DNA of 64,000 nt from the NCBI GenBank assembly GCA_016868895.1, contig VGFK01000001.1, positions 23,006 to 87,005 on the forward strand, in the 5' to 3' direction. The DNA is from Bacteroidota bacterium (lineage in GTDB: Bacteria; Bacteroidota; Bacteroidia; Chitinophagales; Chitinophagaceae). The notes under the pieces were generated by a model. The model did not search any database. It saw only the letters and a program-made list of their open reading frames with translations, and was not told the origin of the DNA. Positions 1-7,515 of the stretch are shown piece after piece (the stretch's first letter is position 1; each line of letters starts with the position of its first letter). Both the position numbers and the translations under genes were made by a program.

Positions 1-570
1 GATCGGACCGGCATAGCGGACTGTGATGAATCCATCCGGGCTCACCGTTAACTTTTGATTGGAAATGTTATTTCCGTAAATATCCAACTGCAGTTCATCG
101 TCGGCACCCAAAACATAGCCTTTGGGTGTAGCAATTTTAAGATTTGGAATGAACAAAGGATCAGCACCACTGAACAAATCCGCACCAAAAACCCGTGACG
201 GTTTGGCTGGAATCTTAAAAGGCCTGCTCTCCCCCTTGTACTTGCGGATTGTCGATTTTCCATCTTTGCTATCCTCCATCGGCTCATCATCAGCACCAAT
301 CGACAACGAAACACCAGTCATCAACTTGATCCGGTTCACCAACCCTTCCAACTCCGCATCCGGCAACCCCCTGCGCTTGAACTCCTGGATCAACTGATCC
401 TCTGACATGCCGGTCGACTGCGCCTGCTGCAAGAACTGCATCAGCTGAGCATCGGTAATCTGACTGGACCGAATACTGCTCAAATTGGCGGGGATCTGGG
501 CCGCGGCAACGCCGACAAATAACAATCCCACAACAAATAAGATTCCGACTGCCTTTAGAGATTTACTCAT
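1..570 (-). CDS. Polysaccharide export protein, SLBB-domain (Wza/KpsD-like); 5' part only, runs off the left edge
   Basis: Own translation from ATG at 570: MSKSLKAVGILFVVGLLFVGVAAAQIPANLSS...ATPKGYVLGADDELQLDIYGNNISNQKLTVSPDGFITVRYAGPI. It has a signal peptide and a Poly_export-like Y.LG.GD.L motif. Not present in the ORF track. Confidence 0.8.
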   Translation of the reverse strand, partial: MSKSLKAVGILFVVGLLFVGVAAAQIPANLSSIRSSQITDAQLMQFLQQAQSTGMSEDQLIQEFKRRGLPDAELEGLVNRIKLMTGVSLSIGADDEPMEDSKDGKSTIRKYKGESRPFKIPAKPSRVFGADLFSGADPLFIPNLKIATPKGYVLGADDELQLDIYGNNISNQKLTVSPDGFITVRYAGPI

Positions 571-866
571 AAAACATTGTTTTACAAATATTAATATAAA
601 AAAAATTCTATCTTGAAAAAGAGTATAGCTTCGCTTGCTGAGTCCCATGAAACGCTCAGAATTTCCCATTTTTTCAGTCTATTTCAAGCCTTTTTTAAGG
701 CCAATCGTATTGGTTCTCAACCCATAACGCACCACACCCCCTGGTAAATTGCTTTACAGGGGTGGTTTCTACAAAAAAATTGCAATGAAATGAACCCAAA
801 ACGGGTGACACAACGATGCCAGGGTTTTTCAACATAAGATGTAGATTGTTAGTGGCTAAGACTGAA

Positions 867-901
867 CAAATCTACATATTAAGTGGGCAATAAAACGCAA
901 A
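867..901 (-). promoter_or_regulatory. Candidate Bacteroidota sigma70 promoter for the export gene (TTTG-N23-TAGATTTG)
   Basis: Minus strand has TAGATTTG at 874-867 matching TAnnTTTG and TTTG at 901-898; the spacer is longer than typical. Confidence 0.4.
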
Positions 902-904
902 AAT

Positions 905-958
905 GAATAAAAAAATAACCATCCCTGACAGATTAGATAGTCCTCGGGATCAAGGGTT
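905..958 (-). terminator. Probable intrinsic terminator after the DUF62 gene
   Basis: Minus strand ATCCCGAGGAC...GTCAGGGAT imperfect stem followed by GGTTATTTTTTTATTC. Confidence 0.45.
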
Positions 959-963
959 TACCC

Positions 964-1779
964 TCACTCAAAAAATACTTTAACAGTCTGGTAGTACTGC
1001 CGCCTTCCCTGGGTACCGGGACCGGCTCCATGGTACTCGCCCAAACCAAATAAGGGTGCGGCATGTCCCTTGTTGACCGCTATCTCCAAATACCCGGCCT
1101 CATTGAAAAAAGCCAGCTTCTCCCCTTCGGATACATCGGCGTAGTGCCGGCTGATTCGGTCAATAAACACATCCCGCAACAACACAATCTTGAAAGGGCG
1201 GTCACGCCGACTTGCTTCAAACTCTTCGCGGGTAATGTTCACAATCACATTGGCGAACCGATCAATCATCAGAATCTGCCCCTCAATATACTGATCCGAT
1301 TGAAACGTTTTCAAGAACGCTTTCTCCTGGATCTTCACTCCGGCATCGCCTATTTTATCGAACGCCATGCCACTGGCGACTTTATTGAACGCTTCAATCA
1401 ACACGGAAGCAAACAACCGAACCCCCTTCTTGCTTCCCGGTGGAATGGGGATGGCGACTGCTTCGTCAGGCCGACCGCCCAACATCATGGTGATCAAACC
1501 ATTGTCAGCCATCCCCAATACCTGTCCCCCATGCCGCACAAGCAACAAATGATCCAAATCATTGTCAAACACATTGATCATGATCAGATGAAACGACTCG
1601 GGCGGAAACGCCTTGAAAATATTCTTGCACACATAGGCCGCCTGCATAAAATTATACGGAATGATGTCGTGCGTAATATCAATAATCTGAAACCCCTCAT
1701 TCAACTTTACAATCTCGCCCTTCACGCCGCCAACCAGATGATCGCCGGAACCAAAGTCGGATGTGAAGGAGAGGAGCAT
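964..1779 (-). CDS. SAM hydrolase/halogenase family protein (DUF62)
   Basis: N-terminal SDFG motif, IIDITHDI, ADNG, IDRFANV, FNEAGYLEIAVN. Confidence 0.88.
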   Translation of the reverse strand: MLLSFTSDFGSGDHLVGGVKGEIVKLNEGFQIIDITHDIIPYNFMQAAYVCKNIFKAFPPESFHLIMINVFDNDLDHLLLVRHGGQVLGMADNGLITMMLGGRPDEAVAIPIPPGSKKGVRLFASVLIEAFNKVASGMAFDKIGDAGVKIQEKAFLKTFQSDQYIEGQILMIDRFANVIVNITREEFEASRRDRPFKIVLLRDVFIDRISRHYADVSEGEKLAFFNEAGYLEIAVNKGHAAPLFGLGEYHGAGPGTQGRRQYYQTVKVFFE

Positions 1780-1783
1780 GAGG

Positions 1784-1808
1784 GTTGTAAGTTGTAGGTT
1801 GTAGGTTA
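1784..1808. repeat. Heptamer tandem array (GTTGTAA, GTTGTAG x2, partial GTTA)
   Basis: Fills the gap between the SDR stop (1806-1808) and the DUF62 start (1779). Confidence 0.85.
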
Positions 1809-2621
1809 CTTTATGAGTTTTCCTTCTTTAAAAAAGAACTTTCGTACGAGCTTGTCGGCGAGGGAGGGGAAAAAACGGTTCAAAAAAACAGTTTGTTTAC
1901 CCTGAAACGTCATCACCACGGTGCGTTTGCGTTTTTCGATCCCATCCAAAATGATGTTCGCGCACTGGTCGGCCGACATCAAACTGGCTTCATCCAACGG
2001 TGATTCTCCCTGCGCCCTTCCCTCATGATTCAACGCCACATTGCGGATGTTGGAGGCTGTGAAACCGGGACTCACCCACATCACGTGCACGCCTTTATCA
2101 ACCAACTCTGTCTTGATCGACTCCAGCCATCCCTGCAACGCAAACTTCGAAGCGGAATACCCGCTCCTACCAGGCAATCCCCGGTATCCGGCAATGGATG
2201 AAATGCCAACAATCACTCCCTTCGATTGAATCAAATGCGGCAAGGCATAGGTCGTGCAATACATCGCTCCATTGAAATTCACATCCATCACGCGCTTGAT
2301 CACGCCTATGATAGAAGTCCCTCCCTCTTCCATCAATCCTCGCATGGAGATGCCGGCATTGTTGATCAACACATCCACCGTTCCAAATTGAGCCACCGCT
2401 TGCGAAACAATCCGCTCACAATCCCGCTCACTGGTTACATCCGCCTGCACCACACACAATTTTCCAACAGGCGCCTCGGCTTCCAATGCATGAATCTTTG
2501 ATTGATCTCGACCACAGGTCACCACCCGCGCACCACGGGCAATGGCGGCTAAGACAAGCGCGCGACCGATGCCGTCGGTTCCTCCGGTTATCACGACTGT
2601 TTTGTTGTTCAAGGTTTGCAT
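1806..2621 (-). CDS. Short-chain dehydrogenase/reductase (SDR)
   Basis: TGGTDGIG, NNAG and catalytic YSASK motifs. Confidence 0.93.
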   Translation of the reverse strand: MQTLNNKTVVITGGTDGIGRALVLAAIARGARVVTCGRDQSKIHALEAEAPVGKLCVVQADVTSERDCERIVSQAVAQFGTVDVLINNAGISMRGLMEEGGTSIIGVIKRVMDVNFNGAMYCTTYALPHLIQSKGVIVGISSIAGYRGLPGRSGYSASKFALQGWLESIKTELVDKGVHVMWVSPGFTASNIRNVALNHEGRAQGESPLDEASLMSADQCANIILDGIEKRKRTVVMTFQGKQTVFLNRFFPSLADKLVRKFFFKEGKLIK

Positions 2622-2655
2622 GATCCGATATTGAATGGGCTCATAAAGTTAAATG

Positions 2656-2681
2656 AAAAATGGTCGCCATTGAGGCGACCA
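2656..2681 (-). terminator. Intrinsic terminator downstream of tRNA-Lys
   Basis: Minus strand ATGGTCGCC-TCAAT-GGCGACCAT followed by TTTT. Confidence 0.8.
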
Positions 2682-2685
2682 TCCG

Positions 2686-2758
2686 TGAACCCGCTGGGAC
2701 TCGAACCCAGGGCCCATACATTAAAAGTGTATTGCTCTACCAACTGAGCTACGAGTTC
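2686..2758 (-). tRNA. tRNA-Lys (anticodon UUU), CCA not encoded
   Basis: GAACTCGTAGCTCAGTTGGTAGAGCAATACACTTTTAATGTATGGGCCCTGGGTTCGAGTCCCAGCGGGTTCA: 73 nt with acceptor stem, D-arm and GGTTCGA T-arm. Confidence 0.96.
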
Positions 2759-2800
2759 AATCCACTCCATAGAACGCTTTTCAGCGCCTGAAAGGGAGTG

Positions 2801-2831
2801 CAAAAATAACGGGTTTTGATATCCGAACAAA
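2801..2831 (-). promoter_or_regulatory. Bacteroidota sigma70 promoter for tRNA-Lys
   Basis: Minus strand TTTG (2831-2828), 19-nt spacer, TATTTTTG (2808-2801). Confidence 0.7.
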
Positions 2832-2853
2832 ATGAAAATGCATCCCTTTTTGT

Positions 2854-2861
2854 TACTTTTG
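2854..2861 (+). promoter_or_regulatory. -7 element (TACTTTTG) upstream of the DUF2723 gene
   Basis: Matches TAnnTTTG, ending 18 nt before ATG 2880; no clear -33 element. Confidence 0.5.
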
Positions 2862-2879
2862 TCAACTAAACAAGAACTT

Positions 2880-5800
2880 ATGTCGTTCAACAAGATCAAC
2901 AACATCGTTGGCTGGTTCGTGGCCCTGATCGCCTGCTCGGTTTACATCGTTACAGCAGAAGCAGGAGGCAGTTTGTGGGATTGCGGCGAGTTCATCAGTT
3001 CCTGTTTCAAATTACAAATACCTCACCCCCCGGGAGCACCGCTATTTGTCATCCTGGGCAGGGTGTTCATCGTTCTTTTCGGCAACGACCCTGCTACTGC
3101 TGCCAAAGCGGTCAACGTGATGAGCGCACTGGCCAGCGGATTCACGATTCTGTTTTTGTTCTGGACCATCACGCACTTTGCACGAAAAATTGTTCAACGC
3201 ACCGGCGAATCGCTGAACCAACAACAACTGTTCACCATCATGTCCGCCGGCGTTGTCGGTGCACTGGCCTATACGTTCAGTGACTCGTTCTGGTACAGCG
3301 CAGTGGAAGGTGAAGTGTACGCCCTCTCCTCTTTCTTCACCGCACTGGTGTTCTGGATGATGCTCAAATGGGAACACGCGGCTGATGAACCGGGCGCTGA
3401 TCGCTGGATCATTTTGATCTTCTTCATGATGGGACTCTCCATCGGCGTACACTTGTTGAACCTGTTGACCATCCCCGCGATTGTCATGATTTATTATTAC
3501 AAGCGGTATAAGGTCACCGGCTGGGGCACCTTTTGGGCCTTCCTCATTGGATGCATCATCACCGGCGTGGTTCAGAAAGGAGTGATTCAATACACCATCA
3601 AAGCAGCGGGACAATTTGATATTCTGTTTGTCAATTCATTTGGACTTCCTTTCTTCTCCGGATTCATTACCTTTTTTGTACTGCTGGCAGCGCTGGTCTT
3701 CCTGGGCATTCGGTATGCGAATTCCGGCAAAAGCAAGGTGGATGCGCATTTCCTGAAATTGGGACTCTGGTCGTTTACCTTCATGCTGTTGGGATACTCT
3801 ACGTACATCACCACCATGGTGCGCTCTGCAGCCAATCCGGCTATCGATATGTACAATGTCGATAATCCGATGTCGCTGGAAGGCTATCTCGGTCGCGAAC
3901 AATACGGCGATTTTCCACTGCTGTACGGACAAGTATTTACGGCTCGCCCGATCGATTACGAAGAAGGTTCGATGCGGTACGCAAAAGGAAAAGACAACTA
4001 CATAGAAGTCGGTCGCGAACAAAAACCAGTCTACGAATCTTCGGATAAAATGTTCCTCCCGCGTGTATGGGATGCAAGCAACGATCAGGGTCACGCGACG
4101 TTCTATCAACGCTGGTTGAACCTGGAAGATGGTGAAGCCCCCACTATGGCCGACAACGTGAGCTGGGCCCTGACCTATCAGATCGGGTGGATGTACTTTC
4201 GCTACTTTGGATGGAATTTCATCGGAAAGCAAAACGACCTTCAGGGCTTTGGCAACAAACGCGATGGCAACAGCATCACTGGAATAAGCACAGTCGATAA
4301 CACACTGCTGAGCAATCAGGATAAACTTCCTTCCAGCATCCGCAACAACAAAGCCAACAATAAACTCTATGCATTGCCCTTCATTTTGGGCATCCTTGGA
4401 ATACTTTATCAATACAAACGCGACAGAAAAGGATCATTCGTCTCGTTTCTGTTGTTTTTCTTTACAGGACTCGCCATTGTATTCTACCTCAACCAGGCCG
4501 GCAACCAACCCCGCGAACGGGATTATGCGTATGTCGGATCCTTCTATGCATTTGCAATATGGATTGGATTGGGCGTCATGCAAATCAACCAATGGTTGTC
4601 GCGCTTCACCAGTGCTTCCGTGGCCAATGCCTCTGCAGCACTGGTCTGCCTGCTGGCCGTTCCGGTCTTGATGGCAGCTGAAGAATGGGACGATCACGAC
4701 CGCAGTAAAAAACAAATGGCCCGCGACCTCGCCAAGAATTATCTGGAGAGTTGTGCACCCAATGCTATTCTTTTTTCGTTTGGCGATAACGACACCTATC
4801 CGCTGTGGTACGCGCAAGAAGTAGAAGGCATTCGCCGCGATGTGCGCGTCATCAACTATTCATTATTGGGTATTGATTGGTACATCAACCAGATGCGGTA
4901 CAAGGTGAATGGAAGTGCGCCGATTGATGTGATCTGGGGACCCGAAAAGATAGAAGGCGGAAAGCGCGACTACATCCGCTTCTACGAGCGCGAAGGCATC
5001 ACCGATCAAAACCGATATGTAGATCTGTATAGCTTGATGAATGATTTTGTAGGAAGCGACGACCAGGCCGCACAATTGCAAATGCAGGACGGTACGTGGA
5101 TGAATTACCTGCCGGTGAAAAAAGTCAGCGTACCCGTTGATGCAGAGAAAGTCCGCAAGAATGGTACCGTGGAGGCAGGCGACAGCATCCTGTCGGACAT
5201 CCGATTTGACATTCCAAAAGAGCTGCTGCTCAAAAACGATATGGCGGTGCTCAACATCATCGCTGCAAATAAATGGGATCGTCCCATTTATTTCACCTCT
5301 CCCTTCAATGAACTTGGCTTTGGACAATACCTGCGCAGCGATGGGCAGTCGTACCGACTGGTTCCCATCGCGGGACAAAACATGGTCAATTCCCGCGCCG
5401 CGTATGAAAACATCAAAAACAAATTTGCATACGGAAGCGCCAACATCCCGGGCGTGTATTTCGACGAAGAAAATCGTCGCCATTTGATCGGCATCCGACA
5501 ATCCATTGCAGAAGCGGCCAATCAACTAGCTATCGAAGGCGATTCCACCAAAGCCCGAGAACTGTTGAACCTTGCCGACAAAAATCTCTTGGAATCCAAC
5601 TTCCCCTATAGCATGGTGAGCCGGCAAAATCAGCACAACACCGTCAGCGTGCAGTTCCTGGAAGCCTGCTACCGAGCGGGTGAAAAGAAATTGGCGGCCA
5701 AGGTCAGTGCAGCGGTGATGAAAGACATCAACGAACAACTCGCATACTATGCGTTTTTGGGAAGTATGTCGGTCGCAGAACTGCAACAAGCCGTTCAGGA

Positions 5801-5918
5801 TTTACTCGCGAACAAAGCCGATAATTTCAGCAACGATCAACGTCAGATGTTCTTGGAGATAAGACAGGCGGTGATCATACAGGAATACATCAGGAGTTTG
5901 CAGGCAGCAGCAAATTAA
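2880..5918 (+). CDS. DUF2723 / TMEM260-family multi-TM protein, putative GT-C protein O-mannosyltransferase
   Basis: WDCGEFI, HPPGAPLF, SAVEGEVYALS and GDNDTYPLWY motifs plus many TM helices. Start taken at MSFNKINN, just after the -7 element. Confidence 0.85.
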   Translation: MSFNKINNIVGWFVALIACSVYIVTAEAGGSLWDCGEFISSCFKLQIPHPPGAPLFVILGRVFIVLFGNDPATAAKAVNVMSALASGFTILFLFWTITHFARKIVQRTGESLNQQQLFTIMSAGVVGALAYTFSDSFWYSAVEGEVYALSSFFTALVFWMMLKWEHAADEPGADRWIILIFFMMGLSIGVHLLNLLTIPAIVMIYYYKRYKVTGWGTFWAFLIGCIITGVVQKGVIQYTIKAAGQFDILFVNSFGLPFFSGFITFFVLLAALVFLGIRYANSGKSKVDAHFLKLGLWSFTFMLLGYSTYITTMVRSAANPAIDMYNVDNPMSLEGYLGREQYGDFPLLYGQVFTARPIDYEEGSMRYAKGKDNYIEVGREQKPVYESSDKMFLPRVWDASNDQGHATFYQRWLNLEDGEAPTMADNVSWALTYQIGWMYFRYFGWNFIGKQNDLQGFGNKRDGNSITGISTVDNTLLSNQDKLPSSIRNNKANNKLYALPFILGILGILYQYKRDRKGSFVSFLLFFFTGLAIVFYLNQAGNQPRERDYAYVGSFYAFAIWIGLGVMQINQWLSRFTSASVANASAALVCLLAVPVLMAAEEWDDHDRSKKQMARDLAKNYLESCAPNAILFSFGDNDTYPLWYAQEVEGIRRDVRVINYSLLGIDWYINQMRYKVNGSAPIDVIWGPEKIEGGKRDYIRFYEREGITDQNRYVDLYSLMNDFVGSDDQAAQLQMQDGTWMNYLPVKKVSVPVDAEKVRKNGTVEAGDSILSDIRFDIPKELLLKNDMAVLNIIAANKWDRPIYFTSPFNELGFGQYLRSDGQSYRLVPIAGQNMVNSRAAYENIKNKFAYGSANIPGVYFDEENRRHLIGIRQSIAEAANQLAIEGDSTKARELLNLADKNLLESNFPYSMVSRQNQHNTVSVQFLEACYRAGEKKLAAKVSAAVMKDINEQLAYYAFLGSMSVAELQQAVQDLLANKADNFSNDQRQMFLEIRQAVIIQEYIRSLQAAAN

Positions 5919-5922
5919 TCAT

Positions 5923-5973
5923 GTTGTAAGTTGTAGGTTGTATGTTGTGGGCGTGCCCGTCGTGGCGGGTTAT
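5923..5973. repeat. Heptamer array (4 units GTTGTAN/GTTGTGG) with GC-rich insert GCGTGCCCGTCGTGGCGG
   Basis: Read directly; lies between the convergent DUF2723 and AAA genes and ends on the AAA stop codon. Confidence 0.85.
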
Positions 5974-7442
5974 TGGTCGGAGAACATGGATCCCATGAGG
6001 TCGCGAAACTCGACTTTCTCGGAGAAGAGTTTTTTGCTGATCAGAGAGTAAGCACTAAGACCATAGAGCACAAACTCCATCAATAAGACTTTTTGCTTGC
6101 CGCTGGCTTTGGGATAATATTTCAAGACGATATCGGACAAACCATCGATGACATTCAGCAGTTTTTGTCGCTCGCTATCCTTCAACTGAAACAACACATT
6201 CGCCTGATTACCTGAATCGAACCAGCTGATGATGCGTTTATAGGGACTCTCTTCCTGCACCTCTTTATTCTTTTTCTTTTTGAAATCTTCTGGATCAGGG
6301 AAATATTGAACGAATACCGAACGGATGGATCGTTCCAGCAGGTTGACACTGACCTGATAGGGCCCTTCCTGCTCGCCCTCGTATACCAGTTCAATCTTAC
6401 CGGTAATGGCGGGAATGATGCCCTGCAAGTCGCTCATCCAAATCATTGAACTTTTTTCCTTGTTCAGAATGACCCGACGTTCGGCAGCACTGTAGGCATT
6501 TTCAAGCGCAGCAATGGTGAGTCGAGCTGATACTCCACTCTTTTGATCCACAAACTCACTGGAGCGCGCTTCGAATGCGATCTGTTCGATGATGCGGGTC
6601 ACAAGGTCGCTATGTTCAATGGTGCGCGATTGTGCGTCGTGCACACGCGCTTCCTGGGCGGTGATGCTGAGTGCGGCCTCCATTGATTTCGGGTAGTGCG
6701 TAAGGATTTGGCTTTCGATGCGGTCTTTCAACGGCGTTACAATCGATCCGCGATTGGTATAGTCCTCCGGATTGGCCGTAAACACAAACGCAATATCCAA
6801 CGGCATCCTCAATTTGAATCCTCTTATTTGTATATCGCCTTCCTGTAGAATATTGAAAAGGGAAACCTGAATGCGTGCCTGAAGATCCGGCAATTCATTG
6901 ATCACAAAAATGCAGCGGTTGCTGCGAGGAATAATTCCATAATGTATCACGCGTTCATCAGAGAAACTGAGTCGCAGGTTCGCCGCCTTCACCGGATCGA
7001 TGTCGCCGATGAGGTCCGCGACCGATACATCAGGTGTAGCGAGTTTCTCTCCATAGCGTTCGCTGCGGTGCAGCCAGGCAATGGGCGTTTCATCTCCTTT
7101 TTCTTCAATCAAATTGCGTGCAAAGGATGAGATGGGATGAAAGGGATCATCGTGGATTTCGCTTCCCTCTACGTAGGGAATGTATTCATCCAGTAAATCG
7201 ACCATCAATCGCGCCATCCGCGTCTTGGCTTGTCCCCTCAGCCCCAACAACAATATATTGTGACGCGAAAGAATCGCCCGCTCGGTATCGGGTATGACTG
7301 AATCTTCATATCCGATGATGCCCGGAAATCGTTCTTCGCCCGACTGCATTTTTCTGATCAGGTTTTCCCGTAACTCTTCTTTGATCGACCGCGACACATA
7401 CGCCGATGCGCGCAACTCCCCTAACGTCTGTATATCAACCAT
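5970..7442 (-). CDS. AAA+ ATPase, Mg-chelatase/MoxR-like
   Basis: LLGLRGQAKT Walker A, FVINELPDL Walker B-like, FTANPEDYTNRG, PLKDR. Confidence 0.85.
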   Translation of the reverse strand: MVDIQTLGELRASAYVSRSIKEELRENLIRKMQSGEERFPGIIGYEDSVIPDTERAILSRHNILLLGLRGQAKTRMARLMVDLLDEYIPYVEGSEIHDDPFHPISSFARNLIEEKGDETPIAWLHRSERYGEKLATPDVSVADLIGDIDPVKAANLRLSFSDERVIHYGIIPRSNRCIFVINELPDLQARIQVSLFNILQEGDIQIRGFKLRMPLDIAFVFTANPEDYTNRGSIVTPLKDRIESQILTHYPKSMEAALSITAQEARVHDAQSRTIEHSDLVTRIIEQIAFEARSSEFVDQKSGVSARLTIAALENAYSAAERRVILNKEKSSMIWMSDLQGIIPAITGKIELVYEGEQEGPYQVSVNLLERSIRSVFVQYFPDPEDFKKKKNKEVQEESPYKRIISWFDSGNQANVLFQLKDSERQKLLNVIDGLSDIVLKYYPKASGKQKVLLMEFVLYGLSAYSLISKKLFSEKVEFRDLMGSMFSDQ

Positions 7443-7515
7443 AACCTACAACTTACAACCTACAACTTACAACATACAACATACAACCTACAACCTACAA
7501 CCTATAACCTATAAC
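7439..7515. repeat. Longest heptamer array: 10 units NTAYAAC plus one degenerate unit
   Basis: CCATAAC CTACAAC TTACAAC CTACAAC TTACAAC ATACAAC ATACAAC CTACAAC CTACAAC CTATAAC CTATAAC; overlaps both the VWA stop and the AAA start. Confidence 0.95.

Noticed and set aside
1063-1797. 244-aa plus-strand ORF
   Set aside because: Antisense shadow of the DUF62 gene; no recognisable motifs.
2686-2758. tRNA-Lys as an integration site for an island or prophage
   Set aside because: No integrase nearby and no duplicated tRNA 3' end seen in the window.
2832-2879. ORF-track N-terminal extensions (also purK 12818, GH92 27239, Gfo 47547, murB 9719, FadL 41444)
   Set aside because: They overlap promoter elements, repeats or upstream genes and precede the family-typical N-terminus, so downstream ATGs were preferred.
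7439-7515. Tandem array as a possible CRISPR
   Set aside because: The unit is only 7 bp, there are no unique spacers and no cas genes.
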